Positions 16,257 through 35,550 of a DNA stretch of 64,000 nucleotides are shown in pieces. The notes under the pieces were generated by a model. It saw only the letters and a program-made list of their open reading frames with translations. It was not told where the DNA came from and ran no database searches. The DNA lies in the NCBI RefSeq assembly GCF_009914755.1, contig NC_060933.1; one strand, given 5' to 3'. The position numbers were made by a program, and so were the translations under genes. The DNA is from the human T2T-CHM13v2.0 reference genome, Homo sapiens. Numbering within the stretch: position 1 is the first letter of the stretch; each line of letters begins with the position of its first letter.

Positions 16257-19200
16257 ACAAAAACTTACCAAACGAATGACTATTTGGAAGGGTGGATGGA
16301 CGGACAAGCAGATGGGCAACAGGTTAAAGCAAAGCTCCTCCTTTTAAGGAAACAGAAACCGAGGGCTGGAGAGAAAGGGGGCTCCTGAAGATGACTGCGT
16401 TGCATTGAGGCAAAAGGAAAGCCGTTGTACCTTCAGACCATCTCTCGCCATCCACCCTGCGTGACCATTGCCTACGCCAGTCTTCCCTCCTCCCAGGACC
16501 CCTGCCCCCCACCCCCAGCATCCTCTCCAGTGCCCCCTCAAAGGTAGCTACTTTCCTGCTCATTACTTTTTACCAAACCTGGAGCCGAAGCCCTGAGTGA
16601 GCAGCTGGAGGCGGGGATGGGCCCTTTGTCCAAGCCTCAGCCCGAGGGTGGGGGTGGGGAATGAAGCTGGGGGGCTCCGTCCTCCCCGCTCTCTCTGCCA
16701 TCTCCCTCGCTGACTTTTGTCCTTGGATCGCCTGCGTGATCAGAAGAGGTTTCATTCTCTGGCAACTGTGCAGCCATTAGCGAGAGGCAGACGCATTACC
16801 CTCTCACCGCACAATCGTTGGCTACTTCAGTTATTCTATTTCACCTGAAGACTTTATTTGCAGCCGAGCCTCCCCTCCGGAGCAGGGCAGGCCCCATCTG
16901 TCGGACAGTTTGCTCCAGCGTCTCCGGCCATTATGCCTCCACTTGGAGGACGGGATGGATGGCATGCGTGCAAGGGAGCAGGGGAGAGAGCGAGCTGGGG
17001 AGAGAGCGTGCGTGTCTGCCTGCCTGCACTCCCTCCCACTTGTCTCTTTATCATTCTCCCAGGGCCGAACAGAACTTGCTTTGAAGAGTGATGTCAGACG
17101 TGTACAAAACAGAGCGATAAAACCTAATGCACTCGCGCCCCTTTGTCTGCCTGATTCTCCTCCCGAACATTTCCCACTCAGAAAGCCACTTAAAACACAT
17201 CAGCAGTAACTCCACAAAACAGCCACTTGTTGGCTAATTGAGCTAAGCAGCTGCCAGCAGGGCTAGGGGAGGGGTGGGGAAGGAAGCTGGAGGCCCCTCC
17301 ACTCCCCCAGCCAGAGCCTGGCTCCTGGGGAGGGTGCCCGGCCCAGCCATTGCCTCCCTCCCGTACCTCTGCACCGCAAGGCTCTGCAAGGAGAGAAGAC
17401 GCAGCTCTGCTCACTGGGTGGAGGGCGGGGAGGCAAGGAACTCGCGCCTGGGGGGCCGGGTTGGGGAGCCAGGTGGGCAGGATTCTCTGCCAGCTCCCTG
17501 GGAGTCACTGGCCATCTCTGGGCCTCAGTTTCCCCACCCACCCCATAAGCGGGTTGGACTGTGGCTTCTGGGGTCTCTTCCAGTTCCCAAAGGCTGCCTG
17601 TTGTTACGCACTGGGAGCTTCCGACAGACCTGGGTTCAAATCCCAGCTCTGCCTTTTGACCTGTAGCCTCAGGCTCTCTGAGTGTGTTTCCTCATCAGGA
17701 AAACGAGATACCAGCAGCGCCTGTCATGATTAGCACAAGGTGAGGTGGTGCCTGGTTAGTCCTTGGAGCCAGTCAGCACAAGACAGGGCTGCTGGGGCTC
17801 ATAACAGGGCAGCCCCTGGCCCAGACTTGGAAACTAGGGTGAGCTAAGCTGAGATCAGAAAGATAAGAACCTCACCAGACTAGGGTGTGGGCACAGGCAG
17901 GGGCCAGTGAACAGCATATGTAAGAGTCCTGAGGCAGAGCTGAATTGGAGGACCAGAAAGAAGGCCAGCGTGAGTGGAGTCCCAAGGGAGGAGACAGAGA
18001 AGTGGCCAGGGCCAGGTGAGAAGGACCCAGTAGACTGTGGTAAGGAGCTTGGCTTTATCCTGAGGGCATAGGGAGCCATGGAGGGAGGGGAGCAGCCAGG
18101 TACCTTTTTTAAAGACCCTTCCTGGTTTTAGATGGAGAAGAAGCTGGTGGTCAGGGTTCAAGAGCAGAAAAGACACTCTTCCTACCCTGTTCCAACAGCC
18201 CAGCCTGGATGGCAAAAGCGACAGACCCTCCCTCAGAGGGACAAGGATGAGACGGCCGAACCAGTGCTCCTGCCCGGGCTCCACAGGCCCCTTTCCTCGC
18301 TGGCCCCACTGGAGAGGCAGGGGTTAAGCTCCATGGCCTGTCCCCTCTGTCACACATGTACCCTGCCATCTCTGGGCTCAACTGTCGCTGCGCTGTATCG
18401 GGACTCCATCAGAGAGGCTCAGGCAGCAGCTTGCAGTGTTCAGGCCGGCGGTCTCGAGGGTGGCGAGTTCTTGCACTCCTACAACAGCGCTTGAGGACGG
18501 CTCTGTCCGCTGGCCTATGCTGCAGCCTCCTCCTGCCCCTGCGGCAGAGGAGGGAGAGCCGTGGGCACAGCTAGCACTAGCACGTGTGGGTTCAGAGGTC
18601 TGAGCGGCCACTTCCCGCTTCCAGACCTCGGATGCGACGCTCATCTGCACGGTGTGGGCAGAGATAACATCCTCCCCAGAACAGCATGGAAATGTTTCAG
18701 CAGGGTGCTCGGCTTAGATAAGTGCTCGGCAAACCAGAGTTGCCATCATGATTCCCCCACGGCCCTCAATCCTCTCCTCCCTGCAAAGCGTGCATCCTTT
18801 TTTACCCCATCTTCCACCCCTCCCAATTTCCCTTTTGGCCTCATCTTGGAGGCTGTAAGTCAGGGTGAATCATTCATCAAAATATCTCACTCTTCCTCTT
18901 CCAGGGTTCCTGATATAATTACCTCCCTCTTCGGTTTTGCTCCTGATCCCTCTTCTGTTTTTTTCTGTGTGAACTTTATTTTAACCATCCTTTGTGTCTG
19001 TGAATGTTTTTTTTTTTTTTAAATCTTGCCAATGAAAATAACTTAATTGCTTTTTCTGGTTTTTAAAGTAACACACGCTCATTACCAAAAACATCCAGAC
19101 AACGCAGAAAGGTAGAACGAGGGGAAAAACAGTGAGGTTGTTTTTAAGCAGCCTGCAGTAGTTTGTAGCAGGGTTGGGATAAGGAGGCCCCCTCTTTATA

Positions 19201-19354
19201 AAACTGGGGTGCTCCCCACCTGCCCCCAGCCCTCAGCCACCAACATCTTGCCCACTGCCTAAATGCCAGCTCAGGTTCTTGCTCCCCCAATAGGCTTCCT
19301 AGACTCCCACAGCCCAGGGCGATCTTTCTGTCCACTGACTTCAATTCTTTTCAT

Positions 19355-19633
19355 TTCTTTTTCCTTTCTTTCTTTCCTTTTTGTACAATGGCTTGCAATC
19401 ATGGCTCACTGCAGCCTCGACCTCACGGGCTCAAGCAATCTTGATCCTCCCACCTTAGCCTCCTGAGTAGCTAGAACGAAAGGTGTGTGCCACCATGCCT
19501 GGCTAATTTTTGTATTTTTTTGTGGAGACAGGGTTTTGCCATGTTACTTGGGCTGGTCTCAAACTCCTGAGCTCAAGCGATCCACCTGCCTCGGCCTCTC
19601 AAAGTGCTGACAGGCATGAACCACCATGCCCAG
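19355..19633 (-). mobile_element. AluJ
   Basis: Diverged antisense dimer. Confidence 0.88.
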
Positions 19634-20221
19634 CAATCCTTTTCATTTCAACAAACATTTATTGAGCCTCTACTTTGAGCCAAGACACAGGATCTGGCCA
19701 TCTGGATTCATCCCCTTCTGCCTGCGTTTCATTGGTTTTTCGTTATTTTTCTGCCTGGTGTGTAGACTCCTGCTCCCCCGCCTGGACTGTAAGGTCCCCA
19801 CGGGCAGACCTACAGCTCTGTTTTTGTATCCCCATCCCTAGCACATATTGTTCCTGAGAGGGACCTCGCAGCTGCCTACAGGGAGGGCAGGTGCTGTGGA
19901 TTGCATGTGCTGGACACCACGCCAAGCCTCTGGCACCAATGATCTTGTGTGATCCTCACCTTGACGACGGGAGGTGGGTGTTGTTATTAGCTTGACTTTT
20001 CAGGTACAGAAACTGAGTTTATACACAATTGCCCAAGGAACCACGATGGGTGAGCTGAGAGTCAAGAATTGAACCTGAGTCTCTGAGACCGAGGCTTGAG
20101 TTCTGAGCTGCTACAGGGGATTGCTTCCTTGTACAGCTCAGTAGTGGCACAGGGCGGGGGACAAATGCTCTCAGCAAGGAATGCCTGGGACAGGAAGGAC
20201 AGTGTCATCGTCCTGGGCTGA

Positions 20222-20569
<348 letters not shown>

Positions 20570-21071
20570 TGAATCATAAAATGCTGGTCATGTCACTTCT
20601 GGCTTAAGACTTCTCCCAGCTTGCAGGAGCAGTTTCCAATGCATTTGCTGCAAACCCTTCAAATGAAATCTTACACTGAAAATCTAAATGAACAACCAAT
20701 GAAAGTGCAGCTTCCCTGAGACCTGGGGTGGGGCTGGGTGCAGAACCTGCATCATCTCGTCCGTTCCCTCCCTCTGGTTCACCTTCCTCCAGGTGCCAGT
20801 GGGGCTCTGAGGATTCCAGGGAGCTCAGTTTGAACCACTGGCCTAAAGCTCAGGTCCAAATGCTTGGTTAGAGCGTATAAGGCACACCATGGTGCCGCCA
20901 GCTGGCCAGCCCTCTCCCCTACCTCTCTGCCCTGCTCTGTGTGTACCTGCACCTTCCACTCAGAATGGCCAGTGGTTCTCCCACCACAACTGATTCACAG
21001 CTTTGGCTTGATCACAGGCTGTTGCCTCCTCTTCGGTGCTTTCCACTTACTTTCCACTGGGTTAACTCTTA

Positions 21072-21446
<375 letters not shown>

Positions 21447-22071
21447 GCGCCCATCTTCATTTGTCATGAAAAACGTGACTACTGCTCACTTCTGCAGCTA
21501 GGGTGAAACGAGGGGGCCAGGAGAGCAGGTTCTACAATTTTTCTTTAATCTGCTCCTTTAGCAAGTAAGTGTTGAGCTCCTGCAGTGTGCTTGGAGTATA
21601 AATTTGAAAAAGGCAGAAGCAGGCACCAGCCTGGGGGAACTCACAGGCTAGAGGAGAAACAGGTCATGAGTCCCCTTGTGACTGGCAAGCCCCGCATGGG
21701 GGAGCATGAAGGTGGGGCTGCTTCACAGCCTCAGGGAGCTCATTCCTGGGGAGGGGAAGTCTAGCCAAGACCTGAAGGAGGAGGATTAGCCATGCAAAGA
21801 GGAAGGGAAGGGTGTTCTGGGCACAAGGAACAGCACATGCCAAGGCTTGGAGGTAAGAGAGAGCAGATCGGTCTGGGGACGGGAAGGACCAGTGTGGCTG
21901 GAAGGAGACACCCAGCCAGGGTGATGGGGCTCAAGGCACACAGGAGGCAGCAGATGAAGGTGGGGTCAGACTTGCAGAACCCTTGGGCTGAGCCTAGGAG
22001 TTTGGAGGCCACTGAGGAGGATTATGCAAAGAAATGACCCAATCTGAAATGCACTTAGAAAAGTTTCTCTG

Positions 22072-22561
<490 letters not shown>

Positions 22562-22574
22562 GATCAGAAGTTGA

Positions 22575-22760
22575 AAGTTCAGGTTCTGGCATCCCAAGGG
22601 CTTGAGTTCAAGTCCTGGTTCTGCCAGTAAGTGAATGATCTTGGGGAAATTGATCAAGTCTTCTGAGCCTCAGTTTCTCCAGCTGTAAGATGGGGACAAT
22701 AATAGTCTCTACTGCCAAGAGCCGTGGGAGGAGTCAGTGAGACATTGCAGGAAGTGGATC
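22575..22760 (+). mobile_element. MIR
   Basis: gagcctcagtttctccagctgtaagatggggacaataatag. Confidence 0.75.
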
Positions 22761-23871
22761 CCTCAGAATGGCAGCTGTCAGGGGCAGGCTTTCCATCTGA
22801 GTCATTCACTGCTGTATCTCCATACCTGGAAAATGATAGAAACTCCATAAAATATGTACCCAGTGAATGCAGAAATGGTTGTTGAGTGCATGATGGATTC
22901 GAGGGGCAAACAGGGATCCCTCTTGACTCTGGAAGGCAAGAGGACAATAAATATAGCTAATTCAATAATCATGCAGGCTCAAGACACAAGGCGTTCAGCA
23001 ATGTACATACATTAGTCCCCCTCAAACCCAATATCTCCCTCATTTACAAGTGAGGGCACTGAGGCTCGGAGGAGCTGGACGCATTGGCCAAAATCACCCA
23101 GCAAGAGAGCACTGAGCTTGGAATTTGTACCCAGCCCTTTGCCTCAGAAGCCTTTGAAGTAAACCACAATGCCAGGGGCCCCACCAATGCCATGCACCGC
23201 ACTGGTTTTCTTGCTCTGTTGGCAGCTGCCTGTAGCTAAGGCGCCTGCAGGTGCAACATAGGTGGGGGCTGGTGGGCATAGAATTTAGTGGTCCCCAGAA
23301 AGGGCCTGGTCCCAGGGCTTTTGCATCCATCACCAGCTATTTATTGAGCACCTATGATGTGTGCCCTTTATAGCTACAAACTTGTGAGGTGGGGTGGGGG
23401 CTTGCAGGCTAGTGGAGGTGCCTGCCACCAAATTGAGAATTACTGGGGGGTGGAGGCACACGGACAGGGATAGACAGGCTGATGGCCACTGGCAGCCATG
23501 GTGAGTAAAACACAACTGGAGTCCCAGCTACTCAGGAAGCTGAGACATGAGGATTCCTTGAGCCCAGGAGTTCAAGCCTGCAGTGAGCCATGATTGGGTC
23601 ACTTCACTCCAGGCTGGGCAACATAGCAAGACCCCATCTCAAAAAAATAGAGTAAACTCAATAAACATTGGATGCTTCCTGTGTCCATTTCCCTCACCTG
23701 GGTCCTGCTGCACCTGCCTCACCATGGCCTCCAGGATCCTGCAGCTGGGCTCTGATTGGCTGTTCCCTGTCCCCATGCAGGTGCTATGAAAGCCTGACCT
23801 GATGGGTGGGGAAGGCTGCTTGAGGAGGTGACGGTTCAGTGATGCTCAGTGAGGGTTAAGTGGGTGGAGCG

Positions 23872-23874
<3 letters not shown>

Positions 23875-23906
<32 letters not shown>
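23875..23906. repeat. (GA)16 microsatellite
   Basis: Direct reading. Confidence 0.95.
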
Positions 23907-23908
<2 letters not shown>

Positions 23909-24593
23909 AGGGCAGGGGAGGACCTACAGCTGCAAGGCCCAAGGCAGGAGGGAGCTGTGAGTTGGGAGAGAGAATTCGTGATGAAGCTGGAGAGGAGGTG
24001 GGGCTGGTCCACAGGGCCCTGTGGGCCATGGGGAGAGATTTGGGTTTGATCCGAGGCCAATGAGGGGTTGTATCCCAAGGTCGATGAGTCATGGAGGTTC
24101 TAAGCAAGGGAGGGGTGTGGCCTGGTGGGAGGGGCCCAAGGGGGGCAGGGAGGTAGTGGATGGCACTACCCAGGGCAGAGGTGGATGAGGATGGCACAGA
24201 GGCCAGGACGGTGGGATGGAGAGTGGTGCATAAGAGGTAACTCGGACTGGCAGGAGCCCCCTCCTCTGCATGTCCCCAGCATCGAGGCCCAGGACCTCAT
24301 GCTCAGACACCATTCCTCCCAGTCCTAGTGCTCCCAGAGACCATTCTGGAGCCTGTGGCAGGTTGCTAGGCTGGGACCCCTCATCTGGCAGAGCGGGCAA
24401 GAGTGAGAGCTGCAGCCTCCAGCCCTGGCTCCCCAGAGTGCCAATTCTGAAAATGACAAACGGAGAGCCAATAAGAAGGTTGGAAAATGGGTACCTCCGT
24501 GCCTCCCTGTGTCTATTGTAGGGTTTGGAAATAGCTGAGATGAGACGAGAGCTGCTAGGAGGGGTGCCCGCTGGGCAGAGGAGAGGCCCAAAG

Positions 24594-24617
24594 CTGCTGC
24601 TGCTGCTGCTGCTGCTG
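24594..24617. repeat. (CTG)8 trinucleotide repeat
   Basis: Direct reading. Confidence 0.95.
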
Positions 24618-24746
24618 CAGGAAGTAAGAGGAGAGACTGGAGGGGAGCGGAGGGGAGGAAAGGAACAGCAGAAGACAGAAAGGACAAATGTCAAAACGGA
24701 CGCACAAAAAAGACCAGTTGTGGTGTGTGGCCTAGGATTGTGGGAG

Positions 24747-24748
<2 letters not shown>

Positions 24749-24792
<44 letters not shown>
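24749..24792. repeat. (GT)22 microsatellite
   Basis: Direct reading. Confidence 0.95.
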
Positions 24793-24794
<2 letters not shown>

Positions 24795-25674
24795 TGCGGG
24801 CTTTGAGGAGCAATTCAAAAGCCCCTGGCCCCTGAGCCCATCTGAACACCCCCCTTCTCTCTTCACCCCACCAACCACCAAAAAAAAAGAGAGAGAGAGA
24901 GCGAGAGAGAAAGAAGGAAAACAAAATATCTACAGTTGTCGAGACAAGAGGAGAAAAATAGAGGCAAACATCCGTAATTTTCTCTGTGGGGCTTTGCGGT
25001 AATTGAGCCATTTGGATAAAAATAAAGGCAGCAGGCCCCTTAGGTAAGAAGAGCTTTTGCAATCTAAGAAGCTTGAATTATGCGTCTTGTGTCACTTGAA
25101 ATCCCCCATTCTCCCCCTTCCTTGGGTGACCCAAACCACTTTCCCTTTTCTTATTATTTTTTTAAGTACCCTGTCAAAATGTCGACTGTAGAGTAGAGAA
25201 TTTCAGCTGTCACAACTAATTTCAATTTTTCCACGTGCTTTCCCCCTTGGGGAGGGGGCCTGGCAGAGCCCCCTTTCCCTCCCTCTTGCATCTGCTCACT
25301 CTTTTTATTTCTCATTATTGTTATTATTTTAAAACCAGATTTACATCATCAGTGTGTTTGGGGAGTGTTTAAGGACTGTGGTTTGCTCCTGAGGAAGGCT
25401 GGGCCTGGCGCTGTTGGTTTCTGGCTCCCACCCCGCCTGCACCCCCTCCTGCACGCTCCCACCTCCACCCGCCTGAGCCCCTGGGACTCCCACCTCTCTC
25501 TTCCTGGTCCCAAGCTGCCAGCCGCCATCGACCACCCACTGGGGAAAATCCAGACTTCAAAAGAGTCTTGAGGTTCTAGGAGAGCCGTGGGAACCATGCT
25601 CATTTCCCTACCAAAGGGAAGTTCCGGGGCAGGCGAGATCCAGAGGAGCTTTTCCATCTTTTAAAAAATTGTGT

Positions 25675-26405
<731 letters not shown>

Positions 26406-26408
26406 CTC

Positions 26409-27100
<692 letters not shown>

Positions 27101-27150
27101 AAGTCTTCGCCGAGGAGTGGTGCCCCAGCTTTTCACAAGCAAATGGATGC

Positions 27151-27640
<490 letters not shown>

Positions 27641-27795
27641 ACGTGGAGACACCAAACAGCATGTCTGAGAATTGCTGTAATTGAGCAAGGCGGGTGCATG
27701 GAGTTTGAAAGTGGCAGCAGTTGGGGTGGAGTATGTAGAATCGGGGACATTACCTGCAGGGCGGTGGAGAGTGGGGGAGGACATCCATAGAGGGA

Positions 27796-28849
<1,054 letters not shown>

Positions 28850-29038
28850 TAAATGAGGAGGTGAGCGACAACACGTCCACACTGGGACAGAGGCAGAAGG
28901 AGAAGCAGTCACCTTGGGGCTGGCATCACCAAACGAGGGCTCCCATGGACAAGGTAGAGAACTGGGCCCCTGCTTCTCAGTGTACCTCCTCCTTGGTCCA
29001 AGTGGGTTCCCAGTGAGATCAGCTTGGCTGTCTCCTAT

Positions 29039-29101
29039 TGTAGCAGGATGAGCCGTGGACAAAATCCCTCAGACACCGGGTTAAAGAAGGAAGTGGCTTT
29101 A
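29039..29101 (-). mobile_element. LTR10-like ERV1 LTR terminal fragment
   Basis: tgtagcaggatgagccgtggacaaaatccctcagacaccgggttaaagaaggaag matches the remembered LTR10 terminus. Confidence 0.65.
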
Positions 29102-29574
29102 CTATGTTGCCCTGCTTTCTTCCCCTGCCCCTGCCGTCCCTGGGAGAGAGAAGGGACAGGCTTAGAAAAGGCCAGGACTCTTCTCTAGGAGTGGAGGAGT
29201 CTGACCAGTGAGTGACATTACCTGGGAGGAGTCAGGCTGGGTCACTCCTGTGTCCCCAGTGTCTGCCATAAAACCACACTGCGAATGGTCCAATTGCCAT
29301 CTGCCAGGCCCTGCCCCCAGGGCTCTGTATGGATTCTCACAGCAGCACTGTGTGATAGGTACTTTATTGTCCGCATTTTACAGAAGGGAAAACTGTGGCA
29401 CAGAGCGGTCACCTGACCTGCCCAAAATCCCACTGCTGGTAAGAGGCAGAGTTGAGGACACAACCCAGGAAGTTTGGATCTGACCTCCTCACTCTGAAAA
29501 CATACATGCTGCCCCCATGAGGGCCCCAATGGGCATTCAATACCTATTTATCCAATTCAGCACTCACTTCCAGA

Positions 29575-30097
29575 GAGGCAGTGTAGCCCAGTGGTTAAGG
29601 GCATGCTCTCCGGAGTCAGAGAGCCTGAAGCTGAACTCCAGAACTACCCCCTCCCAGCTGGGCCACTGAACTTCTCCAAGCCTCAGTTTCCTCACCTGCA
29701 AAATCGAAATATTAAGTTGGTGCAAAAGTAATTCTGGGTTTTGTCATTACTTGTAATACTAATGGTTGGCCAGGTGCAGTGGCTCATGCCTGTAATCCCA
29801 GCACTTTGGGAGGCCGAGGTGGGCAGATCAGTTGAGCTCAGGAGTTCAAGACCAGCTTGAGCAACATGGCGAAGCACCGTCTGTACAAAAAATACAAAAA
29901 TTAGCTGGTCATGATGGCACGCATCTGTAGTCCCAGCTACTCAGGAGGCTGAGGCAGGAGAATCAATTGTTTGGGCCTGGGAAGAGGAGGTTGCAGTGAA
30001 CCAAGATCGTGCCATCACACTCCAGCCAGGTCAACAGGAGTGAAGCCCTGTCTCAAAGAAAAAAGAAAGAAAGAAAGAAATACTAATGGTTCCTACC
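29575..30097 (+). mobile_element. MIR containing a half MADE1 mariner MITE (29711-29757) and an Alu (29768-30080)
   Basis: ttaagttggtgcaaaagtaatt is the MADE1/Hsmar1 TIR. Alu TSD AATACTAATGGTT (29755-29767 / 30079-30091). Confidence 0.8.
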
Positions 30098-30099
30098 AG

Positions 30100-30404
30100 C
30101 GGCGAGTCCTGGCTGCTTTTCATCAAAAGGTCTCCTTTTCCTCCCAGGTACACAACTAGACTGCATTTCCCAGGATCCCTTGCAAGCAGGTAGGGCCATG
30201 TGACTGAGTTCTGGCCAATGAAAGATAAGGAGGAAGTGATGTCACCACTTCTGGTGCTGGCTCCTAAAACATCCTGCACCATCCTTCATGCTCTGGACCC
30301 TGGGTCCGTGCATGACTTCATGGAGCAGATCCCATACCCAACACTTCTCCTCATACTGGACTGTGATGTGAGCAGGAAACAAGCTCTTACTGTGGGATTA
30401 CTTG
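30100..30404 (+). mobile_element. MLT1J-like LTR lacking its last ~30 bp
   Basis: actgcatttcccaggatcccttgcaa..ggccatgtgactgagttctggccaatg..gaagtgatgt. Confidence 0.75.
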
Positions 30405-30620
30405 TGTTAAACCAAGTTAGCCTAAAGCTGCCTCCTTACATATTTTAAGTTCAGCCTAAAGGTTTCTCTGTACATCATAAAGTATAACCTAAATGGAATT
30501 ATAAACAGACAGTAGCCTACACTCGTACCAATCACCAAGTTTTGGCCAATCAAATGTGCCCCACTGTTCAAACCGTGTTCAAATAAGGCAAACACCAAGC
30601 TATAACCAATCTGGCATTTT
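30405..30620 (+). mobile_element. MER57 LTR 5' half
   Basis: tgttaaa..agcctaaagctgcctccttacatattttaagttcagcctaaagg..gttcaaataaggcaaac. Contains three CCAAT boxes. Confidence 0.85.
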
Positions 30621-30935
30621 CTTGGCCTCCAAAAGTGCTGGGATTACAGGCATGAGCCACCATGCCTGGCCTATCTCTATAAATTTTATAACTCCAAAGA
30701 CCTCATGTTAGTGAGGTCATAGTATTTGTCATTTTATGTGTGACATGTCATTTAGTATAATGTCTTTAAGGTTCATGTGTCAGAATTTCCTTCCTTTTTA
30801 AGGCCGAAAATCATATTCCTTTGTATGGATGGACCACATATCATTCATCCGTTCATCCATCAGTGAACACTGGGTTGCTTCCACCTTTTTGCTATGTGAG
30901 TCATACTGCTATGGACATAGGTATACACCTACAGA
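30621..30935 (-). mobile_element. 50 bp Alu 5' remnant (30621-30671) plus an L1MB-like fragment
   Basis: Alu start in antisense, then cagaatttccttcctttttaagg..tgggttgcttccaccttttt. Confidence 0.8.
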
Positions 30936-30956
30936 AGATGGATTTTGATGCCATGA

Positions 30957-32194
<1,238 letters not shown>

Positions 32195-33499
32195 TTGTTC
32201 ATCCCTTCTTTCAGGCAGATGGCACAGGTTTCTGGCTCACGCTGGTGCCAGCTCAGCGACAGCCCTGTCAGTGACCCAAAGCCGTCTTGGAGACGGCGGT
32301 TCCTCAGTGCCCGGTGGCTGGCTGTGGGAGTCTGAAACCTATTTTGTTCATTATGAATGAAAAGCAGACGTGATTTTAAATGTCGTGCTTTGGCTGCTAG
32401 TGCCGGGTGGAGCAGGGCCCCAGCGAGCAGTCACACCAGATAAAACATATTATTTAGGAGTGATTGGAAGGCAGACAAGCTGAAACATTGTGCACGGAAG
32501 GGCTACCGCAATTCGCTCATGAGCATCACAGTCACTTTCCCCGGGCTTGTAGGTGGATTCACATTTAGGGCAATTTCCCTCGCAGTAGCTCAGCTCCGTG
32601 AGTGGGCTCGGGCTTGAGGCTTGAGGACAAGCGATTTCCCAGCCGAGTGACTTCCAGCCTCCACATAGAGCGCGGGGCTCGGTGGGACATGGCTTCCCTG
32701 AATCAAATCCACGCTGCCCACTGAGATATGATCTCAGAAGTAGCTCCTTGGCTCTCAAGACCCACGAGAAGGGTGGGCCGAGCCCTGACCCCATGGCTGA
32801 GCACCTGCTGTATATCATAACCAGCAGGCCGGGCCCAGGATCGGTAAAGCAGGAAACAGGCTTAAAGAGGTTAAGGTGTGCATCCAAAGTCACACAGCTG
32901 TTCCCCAAGGAGCTTCTAAATGTTAGGAAGGCACGGCTGTCTAGCAGGTGCAAATTTTTGTGGTACTGGTACTTGCACAGAAATTTAGACAGAGGAGGCA
33001 GTGTAGCACCATCCAGATGATGGCACTTAGGTGATTCTCCGGCCCTCTGAAGCCAAATCCTAGGAGGGCTCCTCAGACCCCTGCGTAAGAACTCTGAACG
33101 TAGGGTCTGGGGCATCACCACAGGCTGAGGATCCCTGTGGGGGAAGTGGAATGTCTTTTTCACACTGGGGTTGGAGGCGGGGCTGAGGCTGCAGCTACAG
33201 CGAGGAGGAAGGCCATGGAGCCCAAGAGCCACTAGCCAGAGTATTTCATGACAGGAGACCAACAGGAGCCAGTGTTTAGAGACTGAAGTTCTGGGATGGG
33301 AACACTGGCCCCAACTCCAGACACAGGGCAATGAGGCATCCGGCATTTACTGAACACCCAGCAGGTACAAGACCCTTGGGGTTTAGCGGGAGGGAGCTGT
33401 GGGACAATGATGACAGATCACTACCGGGGGCTCTCCAAGCACCCAGCGCTGGGCCGAGCCCTCGGGGAGACTCACTCTCTGTGGGTAGCGTGTTCCTTA

Positions 33500-33894
<395 letters not shown>

Positions 33895-34216
33895 TCAGCA
33901 CGTTCACCTGGAAAGCATTGGAGGAAGATAAAAATGGGAACTACTGAGTTTCTGTAATTATTCATCTGGTGTAGAAGCTGGCGCTGCTGTTGAGGTACCT
34001 TCCGGCTCAGAGGTAAAGCCAAGGCCACGTCAGATAAACCAGAGAATAAATGGATAGACTTGCCTTCTTTGTAGGCATTAAATGTGGAGACCTCCAGAGA
34101 GAAGGAGAGGTTGTGTGGGCTGGGCTGCCTCAGAGAAGTCTGTATTTATTTACTCATACATTTATTTATTCACATGTGAAACAGTCAAGCACCTACTTCA
34201 TCCTTTGCTGAAAAGA

Positions 34217-34523
<307 letters not shown>

Positions 34524-34881
34524 TGCTGAAAAGAATTTACAGAGCACTTACAGAGAGTAGGGTGTCACAACTACAGAGGTGAACAAGACAGGCAGAGAAC
34601 TGCCAGCTGGATGCTAGAGGCAGGGCTGCTAGCTGGGCACCAGGAGGGTCCCCAGGAATGGAAGCCCCCACTCCTGTCCCACCAGGAGGCTCTGGTTTGG
34701 TAGGGGAGACAGACATGGGGCAAATATGCAAAGCATATCCTGGAATATGACCTTGGTCTGCTTCCTGCTTTCTGCTTAGGCAGGGATTGGAATAGATACT
34801 GACCGGCCATGGATGGGAAAAGGGAGGCCCCAGGATGTGCTGGTGGACCGCCTGGTCCTTGAGCATTGATACATGTCACAG

Positions 34882-35550
<669 letters not shown>

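Noticed and set aside
32450-33346. Longest ORF in the track (298 aa, minus strand)
   Set aside because: No recognisable domain, composition looks like random GC-rich DNA, it runs through a MIR-like segment (~32850-32905), and there is no exon context.
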